The notes beneath the pieces were generated by a model, which saw only the letters and a program-made list of their open reading frames with translations, made no database searches and was not told the origin of the DNA. From contig CBFIBI010000004.1 of NCBI GenBank assembly GCA_965660725.1, positions 4,164 to 68,163 of the forward strand: a DNA stretch of 64,000 bases. Reading direction: 5' to 3'. This DNA comes from Opitutales bacterium. GTDB lineage: Bacteria > Verrucomicrobiota > Verrucomicrobiia > Opitutales > Seribacteraceae. Shown here in pieces: positions 9,247-18,201 of this stretch (position 1 is the first letter of the stretch; every line of letters begins with the position of its first letter). The position numbers and the translations under genes were made by a program.

Positions 9247-9555
9247 ATGAAAAAATTATTCTCAATAATCGCTTTACTTGCTTTTGCAGGTTCCGTCTAT
9301 GCTGGTTGTCCATCCAAACCGATACATGGTAAGGTCGTAGGTTTTGATGAAGAGTCAAAAACCCTTACGGTCGCTCAAGGAAAAAAAGAAAAGAAAGTTC
9401 AAGTAGGCAGCAAAACTCAAATGGTTGGTATTGATTGCCCAACTAAACTTGCTAAGGGTGCAAAAGTCTCAATTGAAGGCTGCAACTGCAAGAACAAGAC
9501 TGCTTCAAAGATCGCTTTGTCAAAAGGAAAAGGAAAAAAAGAAAAGAAGGGATAA
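9247..9555 (+). CDS. small secreted (possibly lipo-)protein with CP[ST]K and CNC motifs and a Lys-rich tail
   Basis: 102-aa ORF with signal MKKLFSIIALLAFAGSVYAGC. It has four Cys (GCPSKP, DCPTKL, EGCNCK) and a tail KGKGKKEKKG. A strong hairpin terminator follows. Confidence 0.55.
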   Translation: MKKLFSIIALLAFAGSVYAGCPSKPIHGKVVGFDEESKTLTVAQGKKEKKVQVGSKTQMVGIDCPTKLAKGAKVSIEGCNCKNKTASKIALSKGKGKKEKKG

Positions 9556-9577
9556 ATTCCTTTTAATTTAATTTCGA

Positions 9578-9603
9578 GCCTCTGGGTAACCAGAGGCTTT
9601 TTT
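9578..9603 (+). terminator. Rho-independent terminator after the small Cys-motif gene
   Basis: The sequence GCCTCTGG-GTAA-CCAGAGGC forms an 8-bp perfect stem and is followed by TTTTTT. Confidence 0.65.
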
Positions 9604-9613
9604 GTGCGTATCT

Positions 9614-10576
9614 TTAATCTGAATGTTTAAAAATTATTTTCTTAGGAATAAATAAATTTTTTAAAATTCCATTCTCAGTCCCGAAGAGCCAGGCTATACC
9701 AAAGCATGCCATCGCGACCACAACCATGGATCCAGCGATTGAGCAGTCCAGCCATCGAGCGAGGAAAAAACCACCTAATGAATAAATAATGGATAGTGGT
9801 AAAGTACAAAAAAGAATCGCCGGCATTCTCGTAAAAAAGAAGGATGCCGTAGTCGAAGGAAAAATAAGCATTGCAATAACTAGAATAACTCCGACTGACT
9901 CAAAAGAGGCCACTATTGTTATGGCGAGTAGTAACATGAGCCCGTAATGAATTGTTCTTACAGGAAGTCCGAGGGAGACGGATAACATTTCATCGAAACT
10001 AGTAACCATTAATTGTTTGTAAAAAAGAATAATGATTAAAAGGATTACCGTGGTAACGACTCCAATGCTGAGTAGGGGCCGGGAACCTATTTCAAAGGAT
10101 CCTAAATAAATATTTTCCGCAAGAGGCGTAAAACCGATTTCTCCATACAATAAGCATTCTGCATCAATATGTGCATAATTTCCCATATTAGTAATTAACA
10201 AGACACCTAATGCAAAAAAACTGGTGAAAGTAAGCCCTAATGCCGCATCCATTTTCAAAGGGGTTTTTCTGTGTAACCATTCGATGCAATAACTGCAGAG
10301 CAAGCCTGCCCCGCACGCACCAATAAACATGGGTAATAATGATTTAGACTGGGTGGTAATAAAAGCAATTACTAGACCAGGAAGTATACCGTGGCTGATG
10401 GCATCTCCCATTAAGGCAAGTTTTCGGGCAACAATAAATGCACCTATTAAACCGCAAGAAAAAGATACCATAACACCCATCCAAACAATTTGAGCATTCC
10501 AGATCAAATCCTTCGATGTGGCCCAGGGCATCCAAAAAGTGTCATTTATATCGAGCGGCGGGAAAAATTCGTTCAT
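9614..10576 (-). CDS. metal (Mn/Fe/Zn-type, ABC-3 family) ABC transporter permease
   Basis: 320-aa polytopic ORF with the block RKLALMGDAISHGILPGLVIAF typical of ZnuB/MntB/TroD/YtgD permeases. Its start overlaps the upstream stop by 4 nt. Confidence 0.9.
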   Translation of the reverse strand: MNEFFPPLDINDTFWMPWATSKDLIWNAQIVWMGVMVSFSCGLIGAFIVARKLALMGDAISHGILPGLVIAFITTQSKSLLPMFIGACGAGLLCSYCIEWLHRKTPLKMDAALGLTFTSFFALGVLLITNMGNYAHIDAECLLYGEIGFTPLAENIYLGSFEIGSRPLLSIGVVTTVILLIIILFYKQLMVTSFDEMLSVSLGLPVRTIHYGLMLLLAITIVASFESVGVILVIAMLIFPSTTASFFFTRMPAILFCTLPLSIIYSLGGFFLARWLDCSIAGSMVVVAMACFGIAWLFGTENGILKNLFIPKKIIFKHSD

Positions 10577-12030
10577 GGAAGATTTTTTGCTATCATTTTA
10601 TTAATGTAGCCCTGCTCAATGTCTTGTTGACTGGGAATTAATTTTCCATGCGGATCTCTTCTTGGATTTGAGAGAATGCGTTCAATCTTTCGAACGGTTT
10701 CATCTCCCAACACATGTTCGATTTTTTCTGCGTCTTCATGGACATGATCGGCTGCGTATTGAACTTCATTGGTTAAATATAGCTCCCAAAGACGATGGTT
10801 TCGTACAATTCGACATGCTTCGCTCCACCCAGTAGGTGATAATGATAGGATGCTTTCACTCGGAAGTGCTTGATCTTTGAGGGGAAGTAGGTAGGCAAAG
10901 TCTTTTTTCACCAACTGAATAGCCTCAATGTGCATTTCAGGAATGCTGACTCTCCTTCTTTTGGCAAGGTTTCCAAGTCGAACAGTGTCTTGGGCAAAGT
11001 TCTTCCATTCCAATTCCTGATAAACAGCTTTTAATGTATTTTCTAGAGCAATTTTACGCTCCTTTCCACGAAAATGTATCCATTTTAAAAGAAGTCCATT
11101 CTGGTGGTGGAAGAAAAGAACGAGAATAAATAATAGAGTCGAAGTTAAAACTACAAGGGGACCAGTTGGTAAACGACTGCCCAGGAATGAAAGGTATGAA
11201 CCGATTACCCCAGCTGCCATTCCCAATAGGGCGGAGCAAAGAAGCAGGCTTTTCATTTTTTGAGTAATAATGGAAGCTGTGGCGGCAGGTATGATCAGTA
11301 ATGCCGAAACCAAGATTACTCCAACTACCTGAAGAGAGGTTATCACCGAGAATGCCAGAAGCATCCAAAGTAAATACTGTATAAGGTCCACCGGTAGTCC
11401 AATGGAGCGAGCAAATCCGTGATCAAAACCGGTAACTAATAGCTCTTTATAAAAAAATGTTGTAATCAAAACGATCAGAATACACGAAATGCCCATTGTC
11501 CAAACATCCTGAGTTGAAAGCCCAGTAATTTGTCCAAAGAGATACCTGTCAATTCCAGACTGGTTCCCAAACTCCATCTTTTGGATTCTAGTTAGCAGGC
11601 AAATACCAACTGCGTAAAATCCTGAAAGCACGAGGCCGAGTGCACTATCCTGTCCTACTTTCGTAGTTTTTTTAAGTAAGGAAATTAAAAAAACCCCCAA
11701 AAAGCCTGCAAGCATTGCTCCCACAATTATACTGATAGAGTTTTTGGACTGACTCCATAAAAAGCCCACCGCAACTCCCGGTAAAACAGCATGGGAAAGA
11801 GTATCACCGAAAAGAGATAATTTTCGGGTCACGACAAAGCCACCCATCAAGCCGCACCCCACTCCCATGAAAATAACCCCAAGGACAACAACTTGAACCG
11901 AGTGATCTGAAAAAGAGAAAAACCTCAGGGTTTTAGAAATTATGTTAACTTCATCATTTACCTGTGCTGCTTCCATATGAATAAATGGAAAAAGTAAGAA
12001 CACGCAGAGAGGTAAACTTAGGATTTTCAA
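10573..12030 (-). CDS. ABC-3 metal permease fused to a C-terminal DtxR-family repressor domain (YtgCR-like architecture)
   Basis: 485-aa ORF. Residues ~1-310 form the permease (RKLSLFGDTLSHAVLPGVAVGF). Residues ~318-485 look like DtxR: ALENTLKAVY (HTH region), RNHRLWELYL, HVHEDAEKIEHVLGDETVRKIERILSNPRRDPHGKLIP. Confidence 0.85.
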   Translation of the reverse strand: MKILSLPLCVFLLFPFIHMEAAQVNDEVNIISKTLRFFSFSDHSVQVVVLGVIFMGVGCGLMGGFVVTRKLSLFGDTLSHAVLPGVAVGFLWSQSKNSISIIVGAMLAGFLGVFLISLLKKTTKVGQDSALGLVLSGFYAVGICLLTRIQKMEFGNQSGIDRYLFGQITGLSTQDVWTMGISCILIVLITTFFYKELLVTGFDHGFARSIGLPVDLIQYLLWMLLAFSVITSLQVVGVILVSALLIIPAATASIITQKMKSLLLCSALLGMAAGVIGSYLSFLGSRLPTGPLVVLTSTLLFILVLFFHHQNGLLLKWIHFRGKERKIALENTLKAVYQELEWKNFAQDTVRLGNLAKRRRVSIPEMHIEAIQLVKKDFAYLLPLKDQALPSESILSLSPTGWSEACRIVRNHRLWELYLTNEVQYAADHVHEDAEKIEHVLGDETVRKIERILSNPRRDPHGKLIPSQQDIEQGYINKMIAKNLP

Positions 12031-12078
12031 TTTCGAAGCGAATTCTTCAAGGTATGGTTATGAGAAAAGGAACCCAAT

Positions 12079-12870
12079 TTATCTTATACTATCCTCCCGT
12101 GGGAAATGCCCATCTTTTGCAGATTGATCTGCAATTTCAGTAAACACAGTTAATCGTCCTCCATATGTTCTTTGTAAGAGATCCTTTGTAAATGTTGAGT
12201 CCACATCACCGTAGGCAATTAAGCGCATATTTAATAATATGATTTGATCAAAATATTCTTTTGCATTTGATAAATCATGATGCACGATGATTAAAGTTTT
12301 GCCCTTTTGTTTTAATTCTCGAAGTATTTCAATAATCGCATTTTCGGTTACTGCATCCACGCCGGCAAAAGGTTCATCCATGAGATATAAATCACTTTCT
12401 TGTGCCAGAGCTCGAGCCAGAAAAACTCGTTGTTGTTGGCCTCCGGAAAGTTTTCCTATCTGCCTGTCTGCAAATGTTAACATATTAACTTTTTCAAGAC
12501 ACTCATGAGCAATAGTTCGATCTTTTTTACTTATCCTTCCCAACCATCCAGTGTGGCCGTATCTGCCCATCAGGACTACATCAAGAACTGAAACCGGAAA
12601 ATCCCAATCCACGGATTCTCTTTGTGGAACGTAACCGACTCGACGGTAGGATTGCTTTCCTTTCTTGCCAAAAATTTTTACCCATCCACCGTTGGAGGGA
12701 ACAATTCCCATAATTGTTTTGATTAAGGTTGATTTACCGGCTCCGTTTGGTCCAATTATTCCAATTAGTCCACCTTCCTCAATTTCCAAATCAATTCCAT
12801 AGAGAACAGGTTTTCGATTATACGATACGGTTAAGTCATGAACTTCAAGGGGAAGGAGGGGTATATTCAT
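12079..12870 (-). CDS. metal ABC transporter ATP-binding protein
   Basis: 263 aa with Walker A GPNGAGKST, signature LSGGQQQRVFLARAL and Walker B LYLMDEPFAGVD. Confidence 0.92.
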   Translation of the reverse strand: MNIPLLPLEVHDLTVSYNRKPVLYGIDLEIEEGGLIGIIGPNGAGKSTLIKTIMGIVPSNGGWVKIFGKKGKQSYRRVGYVPQRESVDWDFPVSVLDVVLMGRYGHTGWLGRISKKDRTIAHECLEKVNMLTFADRQIGKLSGGQQQRVFLARALAQESDLYLMDEPFAGVDAVTENAIIEILRELKQKGKTLIIVHHDLSNAKEYFDQIILLNMRLIAYGDVDSTFTKDLLQRTYGGRLTVFTEIADQSAKDGHFPREDSIR

Positions 12871-13880
12871 AACGATTTATAGCTTAGGGCCCTTGCGATA
12901 GTGGAAACATTATGCACCATCATGCCACACCAGGTGTCAGCAGTGAAGAATCTGCCTTCTGGGCCAATTGAACCTTGGTCTTTAGATCCAAGTGCGTCGG
13001 AAAATAATTCCCCGCCAATCGTGACACTGCATTCCTTGGCAATTTCCTCAATCGCAGAAGGATTTACACTGCTTTCAATAAAAATTGCGGATATGTTTTG
13101 TCTTTTAATTAAATTGACTAAATTTGCCCGGTCTCCCAACCCCGCTTCGGTCGTTGTGGATACTCCCTGAAGAGCGATAACTTCCAGTCCCATCGCCCTT
13201 CCGAAATATCGAAAAGCATCGTGACTTGTAACCAACTTCATTTGAGAGCTAGGAATTCTTTGCATTTGAGCAGATGCCCAGTTTTCTATGAGAAAAATTT
13301 CATCAGTAAATGATTTTAGATTTTGTGCGTAAAAAATTTTCCCTGAGGGGTCAAAATTGGATATCATTTTTGTAAATTCGCCAGCAACGAAAGACCAAAT
13401 CTTAGGATCAAACCAAACATGTGGGTCGGGGTGATGTTCGCCCCCGTCATGTTGATTCGGGAAAATAATTTTTTCTCTGGGTAATCTGGCAGTCGCGTTA
13501 AAAGTTAAAATTCCTTTTTTTTCTCCATTGGCAAGTGCTTGAGAAAGTTTGCCCTCCAGCATCATTCCATGAAAAACCACAATATCGGCTTTTGAAATGG
13601 CCAGTATATCTCTTGAGGTTGGTTTGTAGATATGTGGATCCACTCCAGGGCCCATTAATGAGGTGATTTGAAACCGATTACCTGTTATTTTTTCCACCAA
13701 GTCCCTGAGGTGGGTAGTGGTAACCACAATTTGAGGTTTTTCGTTATCGAGTGAAGTTGAGTTCTCCTTGTCTGTGGAAACCTGCTCGCATGATATTGTT
13801 AAAATTAGCCATATCAGAGTTATTTTGTGGATAAACAACTTGATAAATACATTGAGTATATTAAGGATATTAAAAGTCAT
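12867..13880 (-). CDS. metal ABC transporter substrate-binding protein (cluster A-I, TroA/ZnuA/MntC/YtgA-like)
   Basis: 337 aa with an N-terminal hydrophobic signal containing Cys (LTISCEQ). Conserved blocks are DPHIYKPT, HHPDPHVWFDP and SHDAFRYFG. There is no long His-rich Zn loop. Confidence 0.88.
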   Translation of the reverse strand: MTFNILNILNVFIKLFIHKITLIWLILTISCEQVSTDKENSTSLDNEKPQIVVTTTHLRDLVEKITGNRFQITSLMGPGVDPHIYKPTSRDILAISKADIVVFHGMMLEGKLSQALANGEKKGILTFNATARLPREKIIFPNQHDGGEHHPDPHVWFDPKIWSFVAGEFTKMISNFDPSGKIFYAQNLKSFTDEIFLIENWASAQMQRIPSSQMKLVTSHDAFRYFGRAMGLEVIALQGVSTTTEAGLGDRANLVNLIKRQNISAIFIESSVNPSAIEEIAKECSVTIGGELFSDALGSKDQGSIGPEGRFFTADTWCGMMVHNVSTIARALSYKSL

Positions 13881-13883
13881 TAG

Positions 13884-13897
13884 TTTGATTAATCAAA
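13884..13897. promoter_or_regulatory. perfect 14-bp palindrome TTTGATTAATCAAA in the 60-bp divergent intergenic region (candidate DtxR/MntR-type operator)
   Basis: Read directly from the sequence. It sits between the start of the ABC operon (13880) and the start of the DtxR regulator (13941). The functional assignment is inference only. Confidence 0.35.
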
Positions 13898-13940
13898 GTT
13901 TAGAGTCTTATTGTGGTTGAGTCAATTATAGATTGAGTCC

Positions 13941-14612
13941 ATGTTTGTGGTTATGCCAAGCGCAACGGTTGAAAATTATCTTAAATGTATTCTGATGTTA
14001 TCGATGGAAAACAATCAGCTTGAAGTACCTATGGGATTAATTGCAAATTCTTTGGGAGTTACTCCTGGCACGGCGACATCGATGATGAAAAACCTACAGC
14101 GCGAGAAGTGGCTTACTTATAAGTCTCGTAAAGGAGTCACCCTTACGGTGTCGGGGAAAAAACTGGGTATGCGTATGATCAGGAGGCACCGATTACTGGA
14201 AACATTTTTAGTTGAGACTCTTGGTTTGGATTGGAGCGAGATACACGATGAAGCGGAGGAGTTGGAGCATGCAATTTCGGAAAAAGTACTCGAACGCCTT
14301 GATGTTTTTCTTGGTAATCCACAACACGACCCTCACGGGCATCCCATTCCAACAAAAGGAGGGGTGATTAGAAAACTTCCACAAAAGACTCTTCTTGATT
14401 CTGTGCTTGGAAAAAAAGTAAAAATCGAATCAATTTTAGACCAGGGGTCAGATTTTTTGAAATTTGCTCAAAAAAAAGGGCTTATGCCTGGTAGGTTGGC
14501 AAAGGTTGTTCAACGAGATAAAATGGCTGACACGATTGAATTGCAGTTGGAAAAACAATCTAAATTTTCTTTGGGTTTTAAGTCAGCAGAAAAAATTTTA
14601 GTATCAGGGTGA
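13941..14612 (+). CDS. DtxR/MntR-family metal-dependent transcriptional regulator with a C-terminal SH3/FeoA-like domain
   Basis: 223 aa with motifs VENYLKCI (HTH N-terminus), RRHRLLETFL and IHDEAEELEHAISEKVLERLDVFLGNPQHDPHGHPIP. The C-terminal ~70 aa are consistent with the DtxR third domain. Confidence 0.88.
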   Translation: MFVVMPSATVENYLKCILMLSMENNQLEVPMGLIANSLGVTPGTATSMMKNLQREKWLTYKSRKGVTLTVSGKKLGMRMIRRHRLLETFLVETLGLDWSEIHDEAEELEHAISEKVLERLDVFLGNPQHDPHGHPIPTKGGVIRKLPQKTLLDSVLGKKVKIESILDQGSDFLKFAQKKGLMPGRLAKVVQRDKMADTIELQLEKQSKFSLGFKSAEKILVSG

Positions 14613-14751
14613 AAAGGTGATTGTTAGTTTGTAATAAAAATAATTGGTGCAGTAAAAAAAAACATTGTTCATACATTAAATTAAAACTAGGTTTCAACTT
14701 ACATTTTACTAACTACCAACTAGTTTATTAAACCCTAATTCTTATTTAACC

Positions 14752-15795
14752 ATGCCAAGACCCGTAACTTTGTTCACCGGCCAATGGGCCGATCTATCTT
14801 TACCAACTCTCGCCAAAAAAGCATCTGAGATGGGCTATAATGGTTTGGAGTTAGCCTGTTGGGGCGACCATTTCGATGTTGATAAAGCAGCTGTTTCAAA
14901 AAAATATTGTCAAGAAAGATGGGAAATCTTAGGAGATCACAATCTAACTGCTTATGCGATTTCTAGCCATCTGGTTGGTCAGGCGATTTGCGACCCGATA
15001 GATGAGCGACACAAATCAATTTTACCGTCCGATGTCTGGGGCGATGGTGATCCGGAGAAAGTGCGAAAGCGAGCAGCCAAGAAAATGGCTAAAACTGCCA
15101 AAGCCTGCCGTAATTTTATCAATGCAAAGCCGGGACGCGGTAAAAAGGACGATTTTCCCGCCGTGGTGAATGGATTTACAGGCTCCAGCATATGGCATTC
15201 TATTTACGCTTTCCCTCCAACAGATCAGGCATATTGGGACAAGGGCTTTGAGGATTTTGCTAAGCGGTTCGGTCCGATATTACAGGAGTTTGAAAAACAT
15301 AATGTAAATTTTGCACTAGAGGTTCATCCTACCGAAATCGCTTTTGACATTGCAAGTGCGCAGCGTGCATTAGCTGCTATTAAAAACCATAAGCGTTTTG
15401 GTTTTAATTATGACCCTTCCCACCTTGGGTATCAGGGTGTTGATTATGTAAAATTTATCCGAACTTTTTCGGATCGCATTTATCATGTACATATGAAGGA
15501 TGCATGGTGGGGTCATGGAGATGGAACCGTCGGTGTGTTTGGCGGGCATACAACATTTTGTGACGCTCGGCGTCAGTGGGACTTCCGGTCAGTAGGGCGA
15601 GGTGATGTTAATTTTGAGGAAATCATTGTTGCTTTAAATGATGTCAGGTATGCCGGACCGCTTTCCATTGAATGGGAAGATGGTCGAATGGACAGATTTC
15701 ATGGAGCAACTGAATCCTGTGAATTTGTAAAGGCACTCGATTTTAAGCCGAACGAAATGGCTTTTGATTCTGCATTTGATAAAAAAAATCAATAA
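14752..15795 (+). CDS. sugar phosphate isomerase/epimerase (xylose-isomerase-like TIM barrel)
   Basis: 347 aa with family-typical blocks [47 protein letters not shown] and LSIEWED. Confidence 0.8.
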   Translation: MPRPVTLFTGQWADLSLPTLAKKASEMGYNGLELACWGDHFDVDKAAVSKKYCQERWEILGDHNLTAYAISSHLVGQAICDPIDERHKSILPSDVWGDGDPEKVRKRAAKKMAKTAKACRNFINAKPGRGKKDDFPAVVNGFTGSSIWHSIYAFPPTDQAYWDKGFEDFAKRFGPILQEFEKHNVNFALEVHPTEIAFDIASAQRALAAIKNHKRFGFNYDPSHLGYQGVDYVKFIRTFSDRIYHVHMKDAWWGHGDGTVGVFGGHTTFCDARRQWDFRSVGRGDVNFEEIIVALNDVRYAGPLSIEWEDGRMDRFHGATESCEFVKALDFKPNEMAFDSAFDKKNQ

Positions 15796-15843
15796 GAACG
15801 GTCATTGAATTCTGATTAATCATATTATCAAAAATCAAAGGAT

Positions 15844-17010
15844 ATGAATAGAAAATTAAAAATGGGAATGGTTGGGGGTGGACGAGGAGCATTTATCGGT
15901 GGAGTTCACCGATGTGCGGCAAATCTTGACGGCCAAATAGAATTGGTTGCCGGTGCTTTTTCATCGGATCCTAAAAAATCCAAACTTTCTGGAAAAGATT
16001 TTTATATCGATCCTTCCAGAACTTACGGTTCCTATCAGGAGATGGCAGAAAAGGAGGCCTCACTACCAGTTGGTGAACGTATTGATTTTGTTAGTATAGT
16101 AGTTCAGAACTATTTGCATTTTGATGTGGCCAAAACCTTTTTAAAAGCCGGTTTTAATGTGATTTGCGACAAGCCGGTCACATTGGATCTTGCACAGGCA
16201 AGAGAACTTAAAAAGATAATCACAAAGTCAAAAAAAGTTTTTGCCCTAACTCACAATTATACGGGTTACCCAATGGTCAAACAGGCACGTGATATGGTTA
16301 AGAAGGGCAAGCTTGGAAAAGTTATAAAAGTGGTTTGTGAGTATCCTCAGGGGTACGCAATTACTGCACTTACCGGTGAGACTAAGGCAATCTCAAACTG
16401 GCGTGCAGATCCGAAAATTGCTGGTGTCTCGAATTGTATGGGAGATATCGGAACTCATGCTGAGAACTTGGTTCACTATATTTCTGGTTTGGAGATTGAT
16501 TCCTTGTGTGCAGATTTGTCCGTCAATATTCCTGGTCGTACTTTAGATGATGACGGAAATGTATTGGTTAGGTTCAAGGGTGGGGCAAGAGGAATCATAT
16601 ACGCTTCACAAATATCGAATGGTGATGAGAACAACCTAAATATTCGAGTCTATGGGACAAAGAAATCTCTCGAGTGGCACCAGGAGCACCCAAATGAATT
16701 AATCGTAAAGGATGCCCGGGCACCCAGAGAAATTTACCGCCGAGGAAATGATTATATTACTGGGGCTGCTGCTGACTGTACCCGAATACCTTTTGGTCAT
16801 CCTGAAGGGTTTATTGAAGCTTTTGCCAATGTTTATAATTCCGCAATGATTGCAGTAAAAGATGAAATTGCAGGAAAATTTCCCCGTAAATCTGGTTATG
16901 ATTATCCAGATATCCGTGATGGAATAATTGGAATGGCGTTTATAGAGACCGTTGTTAAAAGTTCAAAGGCTAAAGAAAAATGGGTGAAGTTTCCATCCAT
17001 TCCGAAATAA
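15844..17010 (+). CDS. Gfo/Idh/MocA-family oxidoreductase
   Basis: 388 aa with an N-terminal Rossmann motif (KMGMVGGGRGAFIGGVH) and the family block CDKPVTLDLAQA. Confidence 0.85.
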   Translation: MNRKLKMGMVGGGRGAFIGGVHRCAANLDGQIELVAGAFSSDPKKSKLSGKDFYIDPSRTYGSYQEMAEKEASLPVGERIDFVSIVVQNYLHFDVAKTFLKAGFNVICDKPVTLDLAQARELKKIITKSKKVFALTHNYTGYPMVKQARDMVKKGKLGKVIKVVCEYPQGYAITALTGETKAISNWRADPKIAGVSNCMGDIGTHAENLVHYISGLEIDSLCADLSVNIPGRTLDDDGNVLVRFKGGARGIIYASQISNGDENNLNIRVYGTKKSLEWHQEHPNELIVKDARAPREIYRRGNDYITGAAADCTRIPFGHPEGFIEAFANVYNSAMIAVKDEIAGKFPRKSGYDYPDIRDGIIGMAFIETVVKSSKAKEKWVKFPSIPK

Positions 17011-17039
17011 ACTAAAATCAAATTTTAAGAGGAGGATAA

Positions 17040-18125
17040 ATGACTATAAAAATTGGAGTAATTGGAGCGGGCGGAATGTTACAATATCATGCCGCTGGTT
17101 TTCGGGCAGCGGGAGCGGAAATTCTTGCAATATGTGACATGAATCAAACCGCTGCAAAAGATGCAGCGCAAACCTATGATGTCCCGCATGTGTTTTCTGA
17201 TTCTGGGGAAATGCTTGATCAATTAAAAGAATTGGACGCAGTCAGTATCATTACCCCCAACCGGACTCATCGTCCTTTAGCCTTGCAAGTCTTGCAGGCT
17301 GGTCGACATGTTTTTTGTGAAAAACCTCCAGCATTAAATGCTGAAGAAGTTTCCCAAATGAAAAATGCTTCGGAGAGTGCGGGTAAGACATTGATGTTTA
17401 ATTTTAACAACCGTGCACGCCCGGAATCATACGCTTTGAGAAAATATATTGAAGCTGGTGAAGTTGGCCAGATTAACTCGGCCCAGGCTAAATGGATCAG
17501 AAGAACTGGAATACCTGGATTCGGAGGTTGGTTCACCAACAAAGAACTATCAGGTGGCGGCCCATTAATCGATCTTCTGCATATGGTTGATTTAGCTTTG
17601 TATTACATGGATTATCCCGAACCTTCATCTGTTTTAGCCCAAACTTTTTCTGATTTTATTGAAGATAAATCTTTTAAGGGTCCATGGGGAATACCTGATG
17701 TGGTTGATGGTGTGACAGATGTAGAAAGTTCTTCACATGGCTTTATCAAGTTCAAAACCGGTCAGATTTTATCTTTTCAGGTTTCATGGGCAGAAATGGT
17801 AAAAAGGGAAGAGGTATCTGTTACTTTTCAGGGTAAAAAGGCGGGCGGCATGATTCGTCGGCTTTTTGGATCGGACGGCTTGGATGAAACTGCAATTGAT
17901 GATTGTGAGTTGTATGTTCAGGAACATGGTCGGTCTGTAAATCGCTCGATTATTACTGAAGCCAATGAAGATATGGGAAGAATTCGCTCAGCAGAAAACT
18001 TTGTTCGAACAATAGCTGACGAGGAAGCACCTTTGAACACACCTGACCAGGCTCTTGCGCTGATGAAAATCATTGACGCAACTTACGAATCTTCGCGATC
18101 TGGTAATCCAATTCAAATTAACTAA
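17040..18125 (+). CDS. Gfo/Idh/MocA-family oxidoreductase
   Basis: 361 aa with the motifs IKIGVIGAGGMLQYH and HVFCEKPPALNAEE. Confidence 0.85.
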   Translation: MTIKIGVIGAGGMLQYHAAGFRAAGAEILAICDMNQTAAKDAAQTYDVPHVFSDSGEMLDQLKELDAVSIITPNRTHRPLALQVLQAGRHVFCEKPPALNAEEVSQMKNASESAGKTLMFNFNNRARPESYALRKYIEAGEVGQINSAQAKWIRRTGIPGFGGWFTNKELSGGGPLIDLLHMVDLALYYMDYPEPSSVLAQTFSDFIEDKSFKGPWGIPDVVDGVTDVESSSHGFIKFKTGQILSFQVSWAEMVKREEVSVTFQGKKAGGMIRRLFGSDGLDETAIDDCELYVQEHGRSVNRSIITEANEDMGRIRSAENFVRTIADEEAPLNTPDQALALMKIIDATYESSRSGNPIQIN

Positions 18126-18201
18126 CCTTAGGAAAGGTTGAGTGCTATCCTTTGAACCTTGCTTCTTTACTTATTTTGATTCATATTGTACCTCTTAAAT
18201 T

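Noticed and set aside
15813-15822. A second copy of the palindrome core TGATTAATCA between the TIM-barrel and oxidoreductase genes, as a second DtxR-type operator.
   Set aside because: A 10-bp AT-only palindrome in AT-rich intergenic DNA can easily occur by chance. The flanks do not extend the match to the 14-bp site, and the adjacent genes are not metal related.
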